Assembly: GCA_964600645.1 (NCBI GenBank)
Contig: CAZRJL010000003.1
Location: 1-44,961, forward strand
DNA length: 44,961 nt
Source: an uncultured Bdellovibrionales bacterium
GTDB taxonomy: Bacteria; Patescibacteriota; Minisyncoccia; Moranbacterales; UBA9337
Direction: 5' to 3'
Made by a program: the position numbers and the translations under genes
The notes under the pieces: model-generated
Databases searched by the model: none
What the model was told of the DNA's origin: nothing
Seen by the model: only the letters and a program-made list of their open reading frames with translations
Shown: positions 26,901-34,799 of the stretch, piece after piece
Layout: each line of letters begins with the position of its first letter
Numbering within the stretch: the stretch's first letter is position 1

Positions 26901-27011
26901 ACAAAAGAAATCCTCGCGGATAAATTATCCGCTGAAAAATTGGAAAAAATCGATCTGGAAAAGGAATTCGATTTGGACGGAGAAAAAATCCAAATCGGAA
27001 TTTGCAGGTAA
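24000..27011 (+). CDS. ileS: Isoleucine--tRNA ligase, type 2 (eukaryote-like)
   Basis: PPFATGTPHYGHL (HIGH), WTTTPWTL editing-domain motif, KMAKRLQNYPDP (KMSKRLKNYP-type KMSKS). ATG 24000 or TTG 23994. Confidence 0.93.
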   Translation: MFKKVDARKKLPELEREVLDFWRENKIFEKSLDKNREKAVYTFYDGPPFATGTPHYGHLVGSTMKDVVPRYWTMRGYFVERKWGWDCHGLPIENIVEKELGSKKKKDIEEMGVAKFNELCRSKVLGYVDEWKKVITRLGRWADMENAYKTMDLPYMESVWNVFKQLYDKGLIYEGYRSMHICTRCETTLSQQEVSEGYKDIKDLSAIAKFELVDLSPLTPFPGGEGDKVYVLAWTTTPWTLIGNVALAVGEDIDYVSVKIKNQKSKVKMTGQSVKLKEGENYILAKDGLNEILKDEEYEVLKEFKGSELVGEEYKPLFDYYQGKGLDNEENGWKIYAGDFVSTDEGTGVVHIAPAFGEDDLKLGQKEKLPFVQHVGLDGVIKKEAGEFAGLSVKPAPSFAKASAGKEKDIHQKTDIEIIKYLAHNNLLFSKEKYEHSYPHCWRCDTPLINYATSSWFVAVEKVKDEALELAKEINWSPEHIKEGRFGKWLEGARDWSISRQRFWASVMPIWKCECGDIRVFGSVGDLEEASGEKITDIHKHIVDGITFKCDKCGGMMKRVPDVLDTWFDSGSMPYAQLHYPFENKDKFEKSFPADFIAEGQDQTRAWFYYLHILGTALKSNPAFKNVIVNGTVLAEDGKKMAKRLQNYPDPMEMFEKYGSDAVRFYLMSSPVVAAENLNFKESDVSDVVRGMMRMLWNTYSFFVLYANIDGWKAESGKRKAKNTSNLLDRWIVSELHMLIRDFNLHMENYELHKASRSLPKFVDNLSNWYVRRSRKRFWKSENDDDKNLAYATLHYVLIELSKVMAPFTPFVSEEIYKNLTNKESVHLCDFPVADEGLIDEKLNEQMQKTRDIITEALQLRAKAGIKVRQPLAELRIANQELSDEFLDIIKEEVNVKRVKWEKMGEKGEDIWLDTEITQELRLEGQAREIVRFIQEMRKEAGYEVDNRIQVCYDGQSDVFEKFGSLITKEILADKLSAEKLEKIDLEKEFDLDGEKIQIGICR
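24774..24808. repeat. Tandem heptamers inside ileS (aaaatca x3, aaagtca, aaatgac)
   Basis: Strict 7-nt register; encodes KIKNQKSKVKMT. Confidence 0.85.
26134..26168. repeat. Tandem heptamers inside ileS (ggaaagc x3, gaaaagc, gaaaaat)
   Basis: Strict 7-nt register; encodes WKAESGKRKAKN. Confidence 0.85.
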
Positions 27012-27179
27012 AATCCAAAGCATAGGAGGTGCTTACGGAATTATTGATGACTTTTTGGCGGGATGCTTGTGAAGTTCCGCCGATTGTGTTTTATGTTTTT
27101 TTGGCGGAAGCTGTCTGATTGCAGCTTTTGCTATTTTGGCGACAGGAGGAGAATTGTCGCAAAAAAATAAGGAGGAGTT

Positions 27180-27437
27180 ATGAATAATATTGCGGAGCAG
27201 TTTTTTTCTTTGCCCAAGGATTTTCAGATTCTTATATGGGTGGGGATTTTTTCGGTAGCATTTGTATGTTCTATGTTTTGGGGAACGCTTTTGCGTCCCA
27301 GAAAAAAATGTTCGCGGTGTCCTGTTGAAGAGGATCCTCATGAGATGTTTCGTGAGGAAGAGGGTCTTATCTGCCGGAAGTGTCGGGCAGAGAAGGTCGC
27401 CGTTTCGATCGTTTCAGAGTGCGAGCAGTGTCATTAA
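27180..27437 (+). CDS. Small membrane-anchored zinc-ribbon-like protein
   Basis: Strong SD (aaggaggagtt-ATG). One TM helix, then CSRC...CRKC...CEQC pairs. Confidence 0.6.
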   Translation: MNNIAEQFFSLPKDFQILIWVGIFSVAFVCSMFWGTLLRPRKKCSRCPVEEDPHEMFREEEGLICRKCRAEKVAVSIVSECEQCH

Positions 27438-27461
27438 CTTTGACAAGCGGGCTTGCGCCGA

Positions 27462-27499
27462 GGCTTGGCTTCACATAATGTGGGGTTGAGCCTTTTTTT
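27462..27499 (+). terminator. Rho-independent terminator (G-U rich stem)
   Basis: Stem ggcttggcttcac / gtggggttgagcc with loop ataat, followed by ttttttt. Confidence 0.55.
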
Positions 27500-27553
27500 A
27501 TTTTCCTGGAAAGCATATAAAAAAATAATTTACCTTTTATTTATGTCTTCTGG

Positions 27554-27592
27554 ATTCCCGCCTTTCCTCCAAAGGCGGACAGGCGCGGGAAT
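27554..27592. repeat. G+C-rich palindromic (REP-like) element with two overlapping alternative helices
   Basis: Outer stem attcccgc (27554-61) / gcgggaat (27585-92). Inner stem ccgccttt (27558-65) / aaaggcgg (27571-78). Only one copy in the window, so its repeat status is unproven. Confidence 0.4.
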
Positions 27593-27670
27593 GACAAAGA
27601 GAAACGTGGGAAGGACAAGAGATGATGCTTGTGTATTTACTGGGGAGTGATTTCACAATATAATAGGGAA

Positions 27671-28384
27671 ATGGAATATAAATACACTGGAATAATTTTG
27701 GGAAAGTATGATGTCGGGGAGACCGATCGGATTTATGTTATCTATACTTTGGAACAGGGTAAAATTCGTGTGCTTGCCAAGGGTGTGCGCAAAATGCAGG
27801 CCAAGCTGGCGGGAGCGCTGGAAAATTTCAATTTGGCGGATATTTTGGTGGCGCGCAATAAAGGGATGGGGAAAATAAAATCGGCGATAGTGGAGAACAA
27901 TTTTTCCAATATTAAAAATAATTTGGAACTTTTGGAAAAGACTTTTCAAGTTATTGGAATTTTTGGTCGCTTGATGGAAGATGAACAAAAAGACGAAGAG
28001 GCGTTTTTTTTGCTTGCGCAATATTTGCAAATGATGAATGAAAAAAACGCAGATGATTTTTTGCGTTTTCGAATAATAACGCAGGGATTTTTGCAGCAGT
28101 TCTTTTCTTTGTCGGGATATCAATTGGAAATTTCCACTTGCGCGGTTTGCCGGGTAAAAATAAAAGCCGGAGGAAATTTTTTTTCAATGCTTCACGGCGG
28201 AGCGGTTTGTCTTGAATGTGGCAGTGATGTGATTGAAAAAATCCGCGTTACGGATAATACGATCAAAGCGATGCGCATTTTTTCTTCAAATAAGTTGAAG
28301 TCTTTGTCGAAATTGAAAATAAAAAAGGAGGAAATAATCGAGCTGGAAAGAATATCCGATTTGTTTTATCGATGGATTGTATAA
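27671..28384 (+). CDS. recO: DNA repair protein RecO
   Basis: MEYKYTGIILGKYDVGETDRIYVIYT (OB-fold N-terminus) and C-terminal zinc motif CAVC...CLEC. ATG 27671 is preferred. Confidence 0.8.
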   Translation: MEYKYTGIILGKYDVGETDRIYVIYTLEQGKIRVLAKGVRKMQAKLAGALENFNLADILVARNKGMGKIKSAIVENNFSNIKNNLELLEKTFQVIGIFGRLMEDEQKDEEAFFLLAQYLQMMNEKNADDFLRFRIITQGFLQQFFSLSGYQLEISTCAVCRVKIKAGGNFFSMLHGGAVCLECGSDVIEKIRVTDNTIKAMRIFSSNKLKSLSKLKIKKEEIIELERISDLFYRWIV

Positions 28385-28463
28385 GTTGTCTTGTTGGGAG
28401 GAAAAAAATTTGGTAAAATAACAACGTAATCGCTTAGATGGTTATTCAAAAATAAAAATTTAT

Positions 28464-30362
28464 ATGTCTCTTGATAATTTAAACAAAAAAATTAATAATC
28501 CCGACGAATTGATTGACAATAGTGAAGTTTATGGAGAAAAAAGGTTGCCGGCGGAAAATAAATTTATTGCCGGCGATGGAAAGTGGAAGCGCACCGATGG
28601 TTGGTTGGATGAGGGAACACGAAGGATTATTAAAATCGCGGCGGCGGTTTTTGCGGGATTTTTTGTGTTGGCGGCGATCGCTTATGGGGTTTTTCGGTAT
28701 AGCCAGACTGCTTTTAGCGAGGAGCGGGTTTTTGTTGAAATTGAGGGGTCGGCGGATATCAATAGCAGTGAGTTGGTAAAATATAAAATAAAATACAAAA
28801 ACGACAACCGAGCCGGGCTTGAAAACGCGGAACTTGTGATTAGCTATCCTGATAATTTCAAGCCGGAAGGAAATTCCAATTTCCAAGCTCAAGGGGAAAA
28901 CAACAGCGTGGTTAAGGTTGGAAAAATAAGGTCTCGCGGTGAGGGTTATGTCGAGATTAGCGGACGTTTTTATGCTCCGGTAGATTATACGCTCTTGATA
29001 AAAGCTTCATTAAAATATACGCCATCGAATTTCAACAGTCAGTTTCAATCCGGCACGCAAAAGGGTCTTAGCGTGAAAACTTCTCCAGTAGCGATTTCCA
29101 TCAGTGCTCCGATGGAAATTCTTAGTGAAAGTAAAATTAGCTATGTAATCGGTTACCAAAATACAAGCACTATTTCTTTTGATGATTTGAAGCTCGAAGT
29201 TGGTTTTCCGAAAGGATTTGAAATTCAAAATTCGGAAGTTTCGATTTTTAAAGAAAACAGCGTTTGGAATATAGGGAGGTTGGAGGCGGGGCAAAAGGGA
29301 GAAATTAAAATCGAGGGGATTATTCAAGGAGCAAGAGGTGATGTCAAATCCATAAATGTTGCTATTGGTCAGTTTAGGCAAGATAAAGAGTTGTTGGTGT
29401 TTGACAAAAAAGAAGCGGTTTCTAAAATAGTGGCGCTTCCTTTGTCTATTTCGCAAACAATAAACGAGCAAAAATCACTCAATATCAATCCCGGGGAAAA
29501 TTTGAATTATCGTTTGAGTTATCGAAATGATGGCGATGTCGGATTGCGGGATTTGATCATAACAATGAAAATAGATTCTCCGGTGTTGGATTTTTCCAAG
29601 TTGAATTTGAGCGGCGGAGGTTCGTATGATTCGGAAAAGAAAGAAATCGCTTGGAAAACTTCCGATGTTTCCCAGCTTGCCAAACTTGATCCGGGTCAAG
29701 GAGGGTCGGTGAGCTTTTCCATTCCGGTTAAAGATAAGATTGAGGTGAACAGCAAGAAGGACAAAAATTTTTCAATTGAATCAATTGCCAAAATTGACAG
29801 TCCGGATGTGGCATATCCGGCAATAGGAGTAAATGAGAGTGTGAGCAGAGCTCTTGTGAAAGTTAATTCTAAGGTTATTTTGGAAACCGCCGGATATTAC
29901 AAGGATGTTGATATTGCAACGTCCGGGCCGATTCCTCCGGAAGTAGGCAAAGAAACGGAATATGTTATCCATTGGTCAATTACCAATATCTCCAATGATA
30001 TTGATAATGTTTCGGTTTCCGCTTTTCTTCCGACGGGAGTGAAATGGAAAAACGAAATTTATTCAAAAACCGAAGATGTTAAGTATAATGAAAGGACAAA
30101 TGAAATTGTCTGGAATCCTGGAAAAATTGAAAATGGAACCGGAATTTTGGAAGAGGCAAGAGGTGTGAGTTTTAAGGTGTCAATTGTTCCGCAAATTAAT
30201 CAAGAAGGGAAATCCGTTGTTCTTTTGGGAAAGACGACGCTTAGGGCGAAAGATTTGTTTACCGGCGAGGAAATTTCAAGAGAAACTGCGGAAAAAAACA
30301 CGGAACTCCGGGAAGATAGCACTATTACATCTGCGGGCTACCAAGTGAAAAAGGGAGAGTAG
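28464..30362 (+). CDS. TM-anchored surface protein with four or more repeated beta-sandwich (DUF11/CARDB-like) modules
   Basis: 632 aa. One TM helix, then about 110-aa modules each with a ...Y.I.Y.N.G...L.... pattern (for example LNYRLSYRNDGDVGLRDLIITMKI). Confidence 0.55.
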   Translation: MSLDNLNKKINNPDELIDNSEVYGEKRLPAENKFIAGDGKWKRTDGWLDEGTRRIIKIAAAVFAGFFVLAAIAYGVFRYSQTAFSEERVFVEIEGSADINSSELVKYKIKYKNDNRAGLENAELVISYPDNFKPEGNSNFQAQGENNSVVKVGKIRSRGEGYVEISGRFYAPVDYTLLIKASLKYTPSNFNSQFQSGTQKGLSVKTSPVAISISAPMEILSESKISYVIGYQNTSTISFDDLKLEVGFPKGFEIQNSEVSIFKENSVWNIGRLEAGQKGEIKIEGIIQGARGDVKSINVAIGQFRQDKELLVFDKKEAVSKIVALPLSISQTINEQKSLNINPGENLNYRLSYRNDGDVGLRDLIITMKIDSPVLDFSKLNLSGGGSYDSEKKEIAWKTSDVSQLAKLDPGQGGSVSFSIPVKDKIEVNSKKDKNFSIESIAKIDSPDVAYPAIGVNESVSRALVKVNSKVILETAGYYKDVDIATSGPIPPEVGKETEYVIHWSITNISNDIDNVSVSAFLPTGVKWKNEIYSKTEDVKYNERTNEIVWNPGKIENGTGILEEARGVSFKVSIVPQINQEGKSVVLLGKTTLRAKDLFTGEEISRETAEKNTELREDSTITSAGYQVKKGE

Positions 30363-30381
30363 TTTGGTTTTATTTCAAAAT

Positions 30382-31557
30382 ATGGAAATTTTTTCGAAAA
30401 AAAAAGTAAGAGTGAAAAAAATAAAAACGAAAAGCGGAGAATTGCAAACTCCGTTTTTTATGCCTGATGCTACGCGAGGATTCGTCAAATCTATGAGCGG
30501 AAAAGACTTGGAAGATGCGGGAGTTGGTCCGATGGTGGTCAATACATATCATTTGTATTTGCAGCCAAAAATAGACTTGATTAAAAAAGCAAAAGGAATT
30601 CATAAATTTATGAGTTGGGATAAGCCCCTGCTTTCCGATAGTGGCGGATATCAGGTTTTTTCTTTGATACACAAGAATCCGCAAATGGGAAAGATTACCG
30701 ATGACGGCGTGGAATTTCGTTCGCCCTTGGATGGCTCAAAACACTATATTACTCCGGAAAAAGCGATTCAAATTCAGTTCGATTTGGGCGTGGATATGAT
30801 GGTATGCTTGGATGATCCTCCGCCGAACAGCTATTCCAAGGAGCAAATAGAGGCGGCAGTCGATCGAACTTTGGCGTGGGCGAGCCGATGTATGATAGAG
30901 TACAAAAAACAACTTAGAATCAGGAAAATAATAAAAGAAAATCGTCCGCTAATATTTTGCGTTATTCAGGGTGGGGAATATCTTGATTTGAGAAAGAAAT
31001 GCGTCGAAGGTCTTATTGAAATTGGTTTTTCCGCCAAAGGCGGACCAGCTATGAATTGGGGCGGATATGGATTCGGAGCGAGGCACGTTGACAGCAAAGG
31101 AAATTTTTTGGGGGAAGTTTTGGAATATACCGCCAAGTTGATCCCGGAAGATTCCTTGCGTTTTGCTCTGGGAATTGGAACACCGGAGGATATTGTCCGC
31201 TGCGCGCAAATGGGATGGGATATGTTTGATTGCGTGATTCCGACGCGGGAGGCAAGGCACGGGAGGATATTTTTAAGAAAAAACAATTTTCAATTTTCAA
31301 TTTTCAATTTTCAAACAAGTTTCAATGACAAAAAAGAAGAAAGTTTTTATGAAGTTGTTAATATTACCAATTCGAAATTTAAGGATGATTTTGGCGCGAT
31401 AGATTCCAATTGTGATTGCGAACTTTGTCGAAATTATTCGAGGGCTTATTTGCATCATATTTTCAAGATGAAAGATCCTTTGGCGGCGCGCCTCGCCTCG
31501 ATTCACAATCTGAGATTTTACACGGATTTGATGAAAAAAATCCGTGAGGGGGCATGA
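30382..31557 (+). CDS. tgt: Queuine tRNA-ribosyltransferase
   Basis: LLSDSGGYQVFSL, ALGIGTPEDIV, zinc site CDCELCRNYSRAYLHH. Confidence 0.9.
   Translation: MEIFSKKKVRVKKIKTKSGELQTPFFMPDATRGFVKSMSGKDLEDAGVGPMVVNTYHLYLQPKIDLIKKAKGIHKFMSWDKPLLSDSGGYQVFSLIHKNPQMGKITDDGVEFRSPLDGSKHYITPEKAIQIQFDLGVDMMVCLDDPPPNSYSKEQIEAAVDRTLAWASRCMIEYKKQLRIRKIIKENRPLIFCVIQGGEYLDLRKKCVEGLIEIGFSAKGGPAMNWGGYGFGARHVDSKGNFLGEVLEYTAKLIPEDSLRFALGIGTPEDIVRCAQMGWDMFDCVIPTREARHGRIFLRKNNFQFSIFNFQTSFNDKKEESFYEVVNITNSKFKDDFGAIDSNCDCELCRNYSRAYLHHIFKMKDPLAARLASIHNLRFYTDLMKKIREGA
31284..31314. repeat. Tandem heptamers inside tgt (caatttt x4 plus caa)
   Basis: Strict 7-nt register; encodes NNFQFSIFNFQ. Confidence 0.9.
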
Positions 31558-31642
31558 CTTGTTTTTTTGCAAGGTTGCTGTATACTTGAATCTAAAAAAT
31601 AGAAGGTTCTTTTTAAATCAAAAATTATCATGGGAGGTAGAA

Positions 31643-32332
31643 ATGAGAAAAAAACCTAATTTTCTCGTGGCTGACCCCGTGAGAAAAAAAAGAGAAAGCT
31701 GGCAGCAGATAAATATTTCTGCTTTTGCTAAAAAGATGAATGCACAATTAATTTTGAATGCAGAAAATTGTTGCGACACTTATCATCAAAATTGTTTTCG
31801 AAGAAATGGAGATGAGTATCGTAAGCACCCAAAAAGAGTTTTGCGGTCATTTATCTTTTATACGATGGTTGAATCAAGAATGACTTTTGATCATCAGATG
31901 GAACAAGAAAGTTCAGGGGTGTTATTGCACGATACTATCGAGGATGTTAGCAGTAAGATATTGGAAAATATTAGCAATGCTTACGGAACTATAACATTGG
32001 ATTTTGTTAATGTTCTTTCTCGCGGAGAAAAAGAGTCGGTCATCAGTTTCGTAAAGAGGGTGATTAGAAGGCCCAATACAGCTCTTGGAAAATTTTGTGA
32101 TAGCATTGATAATGGCATAGGAATGCTAGATGAATATTATGCGGGAATTCCATCGGAAGATCTAAACAGATTGAAAACGTACATGCATAAAAAAATATTC
32201 CCGCTGATTGTCGTTGGCTATAATACGGATTTGGGAACATCAAAGTATGCCCAAGCAGCGCGATGGGCTTTAAGTGATTTAATTCTTTGTTATCGTGAAG
32301 CTCAGGAGGCTATACGAATAGCAGAAGAATAA
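31643..32332 (+). CDS. Stand-alone HD-domain protein resembling the RelA/SpoT (p)ppGpp hydrolase domain
   Basis: SD gggagg 5 nt upstream of ATG 31643. HQNCFRRNGDEYRKHPKRV, LLHDTIEDV and GKFCDSIDN align by eye with the H..Q.R..GePY..HP / LLHDvvEDT / KlADRlhN boxes. Confidence 0.5.
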   Translation: MRKKPNFLVADPVRKKRESWQQINISAFAKKMNAQLILNAENCCDTYHQNCFRRNGDEYRKHPKRVLRSFIFYTMVESRMTFDHQMEQESSGVLLHDTIEDVSSKILENISNAYGTITLDFVNVLSRGEKESVISFVKRVIRRPNTALGKFCDSIDNGIGMLDEYYAGIPSEDLNRLKTYMHKKIFPLIVVGYNTDLGTSKYAQAARWALSDLILCYREAQEAIRIAEE

Positions 32333-32333
32333 A

Positions 32334-32368
32334 AAGGTTAAGATAAATTCTTTCTTAACCTTTTTTTA
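32334..32368 (+). terminator. Rho-independent terminator
   Basis: Perfect 10-bp stem aaggttaaga / tcttaacctt, then ttttttt. Confidence 0.75.
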
Positions 32369-32395
32369 TTTCCTTTTTAAGGATATAATGAAAAT

Positions 32396-33691
32396 ATGAA
32401 AAGATTGATTCCGCAAAAATTGAAAAATTATTATCATTTGTGCCAAGCGGTGGCGGCGAATTTTTGGTATGGATTTCCTTCAAAGAAAATAAAAGTGATT
32501 GGTGTGACGGGAACCAATGGGAAAACAACAACCGTGCAAATAATAACCAAGATTCTAGAAGAAGCCGGATTTAAGGTGGCAATGGCTTCGACGATCAATT
32601 TCAAATTGAACGGCAAAGAAGAAGTCAACAAAACCAAGTTTACGACACTTTCAGCATTTGCAGTGCAAAAATTTATTATGGATGCGGTTTTGGGAGGACA
32701 TGATTTTGTGGTCTTGGAAACTTCATCGCATTCATTGGATCAATACCGGGTGTGGGGAGTGGAATATGATACAGCGGTAATTACGAATGTGACACGCGAA
32801 CATTTGGATTACCATAAAACAATCGAGGAATATCGTTGCGCAAAATTAAAATTATTTAAAAAAGTGAAAAATATTATTGTGAATTTGGATATGGAAAAAC
32901 CCGAGGAGTTTTTGGGTATGGAGGCGGAAAATAAGTATGGATATTCAGTTAAATTTTCAATTTCCAATTTTCAATTTTCAAACAATATTCAAATTCCAAA
33001 TTCCAAATTAAAAACAGTATTTGCTGAAAATATTGAATTAGGAATTGATGGATCAAGCTACAGGCTACAGGCTACAAACTACAAGCTTAAATTGCCGGGT
33101 AAGTTTAATATTGAAAATGCTTTGGCGGCGACTTGCGTTGGAATGATTTATGATGTGAGTGAGGAAATTATTTTGCGAGCATTGGAAAAAATCAAAGGTG
33201 TGCTGGGAAGAATGGAATATGTTGAAACTGACAAGGGTTTGAATATTATTATCGACTATGCCGTTACTCCTGATTCTTTGGAGAAGCTATATGAATTGAT
33301 TGAAAATATCAACACTCAAAATAAAAAAGTTATCGCGGTATTTGGAAGTTGTGGCGAAAGAGATCGAGGCAAGCGTCCGATTATGGGAGAGATTGTTTCA
33401 CGCAGTGCCGATTATGTAATTATTACCAATGAAGATCCCTATGGGGAAGATCCGGTGCAGATTATGAATGAATTGGAATCAGGAATCAAGAATCATGAAT
33501 TGGGCAAAACTTATTTTAAGATAATTGATCGCCGCGGGGCAATTAAAAAGGCTTTGCAAATTGCAAGAAGTGGTGATTTTGTGGTTGTAACTGGAAAGGG
33601 AGCGGAAGAAACAATGGCGGTAAGCGCCACCAAGCGGATTCCCTGGAATGATAAGAAAATTATCCAAGAAATATTGCGAGAATCAAAGTGA
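32396..33691 (+). CDS. murE: Mur ligase, MurE-like (UDP-MurNAc-L-Ala-D-Glu: diamino-acid ligase) with a short N-terminal domain
   Basis: VIGVTGTNGKTTT (P-loop), IIDYAVTPDSLE, FGSCGERDRGKRPIMG, ITNEDPYGEDP. Confidence 0.7.
   Translation: MKRLIPQKLKNYYHLCQAVAANFWYGFPSKKIKVIGVTGTNGKTTTVQIITKILEEAGFKVAMASTINFKLNGKEEVNKTKFTTLSAFAVQKFIMDAVLGGHDFVVLETSSHSLDQYRVWGVEYDTAVITNVTREHLDYHKTIEEYRCAKLKLFKKVKNIIVNLDMEKPEEFLGMEAENKYGYSVKFSISNFQFSNNIQIPNSKLKTVFAENIELGIDGSSYRLQATNYKLKLPGKFNIENALAATCVGMIYDVSEEIILRALEKIKGVLGRMEYVETDKGLNIIIDYAVTPDSLEKLYELIENINTQNKKVIAVFGSCGERDRGKRPIMGEIVSRSADYVIITNEDPYGEDPVQIMNELESGIKNHELGKTYFKIIDRRGAIKKALQIARSGDFVVVTGKGAEETMAVSATKRIPWNDKKIIQEILRESK
32951..33013. repeat. Nine tandem heptamers inside murE (aaatttt, caatttc, caatttt x2, caaacaa, tattcaa, attccaa x2, attaaaa)
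   Basis: 63 nt in a 7-nt register; encodes KFSISNFQFSNNIQIPNSKLK. Confidence 0.85.
33054..33088. repeat. Tandem heptamers inside murE (caagcta, caggcta x2, caaacta, caagctt)
   Basis: Strict 7-nt register; encodes SSYRLQATNYKL. Confidence 0.85.
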
Positions 33692-34112
33692 GAACAAAAC
33701 CAAAAATCGCTCCGGCAATCGCTTCTTCCGGACGATGCCCCATTCTTTCTTTAAGGCGGGTATATTCTTTTTCATCAATGCCGATTTTGTCGGTGAGCAT
33801 ATTTATATAACGACTATGTTCTCCCATATAAACGCGAAGCCGAGTAGCATCGTCAATAATTAAAATCGCCAAAACAAAGGCGATGGCGAATTCTCCCGAG
33901 TCAATCCCGGAAAAATAACCGATGGATGTTACCAAGGAAACCATCAAAGCGCTATGCACGCTAGGCATATGTCCGTAGGTCATCGCATGGTTAAGTGTAT
34001 ATTTTAAATTATTTCCGTGTTTGGCGTAGAATATAATGAATTTCAGGATTCTGGCGAAAGCCAAAACGATCAAAGGAATAATGAACATTGCATAATTTGA
34101 AAAAATATCCAT
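33660..34112 (-). CDS. Divergent PAP2 / YuiD (DUF212) family membrane protein
   Basis: GHMPSVHSALMVSL and GHRPEEAIAGAIFG motifs. The 3' end overlaps the murE 3' end by 32 nt. Confidence 0.65.
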   Translation of the reverse strand: MDIFSNYAMFIIPLIVLAFARILKFIIFYAKHGNNLKYTLNHAMTYGHMPSVHSALMVSLVTSIGYFSGIDSGEFAIAFVLAILIIDDATRLRVYMGEHSRYINMLTDKIGIDEKEYTRLKERMGHRPEEAIAGAIFGFVLTLILAIFLG

Positions 34113-34196
34113 TTTATTAAAAAATTAAGTATTTAGTGCTTTAATTATAACATAAAAAGCGAAAAAAACAGAGATATTTTGTTTTTCGCCAAATAG

Positions 34197-34216
34197 TGTA
34201 TAATTAGGGGTATAAT
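34197..34216 (+). promoter_or_regulatory. Candidate extended -10 promoter(s) for lemA
   Basis: tgtataat (34197-34204) and a second tataat (34211-34216). The -35 is weak. Confidence 0.4.
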
Positions 34217-34238
34217 AAATAATATAAAAAATAAAAAT

Positions 34239-34790
34239 ATGGGAATTGGACTGATTTTATTGATTGTGGTAGTAGCAATCGGGCTTTGGATCGTAGTGGT
34301 CTATAACGGACTTATCAGGCTTCGAAATAGGACAGATGAAGCTTGGAGCGACATTGATGTGCAACTCAAAAGGCGCTATGATTTGATTCCGAATTTGATT
34401 AATGCTGTAAAGGGTTATGCAACACATGAAAAGGAGTTATTCGAAAAAATAACGCAGGCTCGAACAGTGGCAATGGGAGCGCAAACTCCGGCGGAAAAAG
34501 AAGGAGCGGAAAATATGCTCTCCGGAACTCTCAAATCTCTTTTTGCGGTGGCGGAAAATTATCCAGACTTGAAAGCTAATCAAAACTTTTTGGAATTGCA
34601 ACGAGAACTTTCCGATACGGAAAATAAAATTCAAGCTTCCCGAAGATTCTATAATGGCAATGTTCGCGATTTCAACACTAAAATTGAAGTTTTCCCTAAC
34701 AATATTATCGCCGGAATGTTGAATTTTGCCAAACGCGAATTTTTCGAGGCCGAGGATGGAGAAAAAGAGAATGTGAAGGTGGGATTTTAG
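34239..34790 (+). CDS. lemA: LemA family protein
   Basis: N-terminal TM plus YNGLIRLRN...AWSDIDVQLKRRYDLIPNL...RRFYNGNVRDFN. Confidence 0.85.
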   Translation: MGIGLILLIVVVAIGLWIVVVYNGLIRLRNRTDEAWSDIDVQLKRRYDLIPNLINAVKGYATHEKELFEKITQARTVAMGAQTPAEKEGAENMLSGTLKSLFAVAENYPDLKANQNFLELQRELSDTENKIQASRRFYNGNVRDFNTKIEVFPNNIIAGMLNFAKREFFEAEDGEKENVKVGF

Positions 34791-34799
34791 TTTTATCTT

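Noticed and set aside
33660-33691. 32-nt convergent overlap of murE and the YuiD-like gene as a regulatory antisense device
   Set aside because: Short 3' overlaps are common in compact genomes, and nothing in the sequence points to a specific function.
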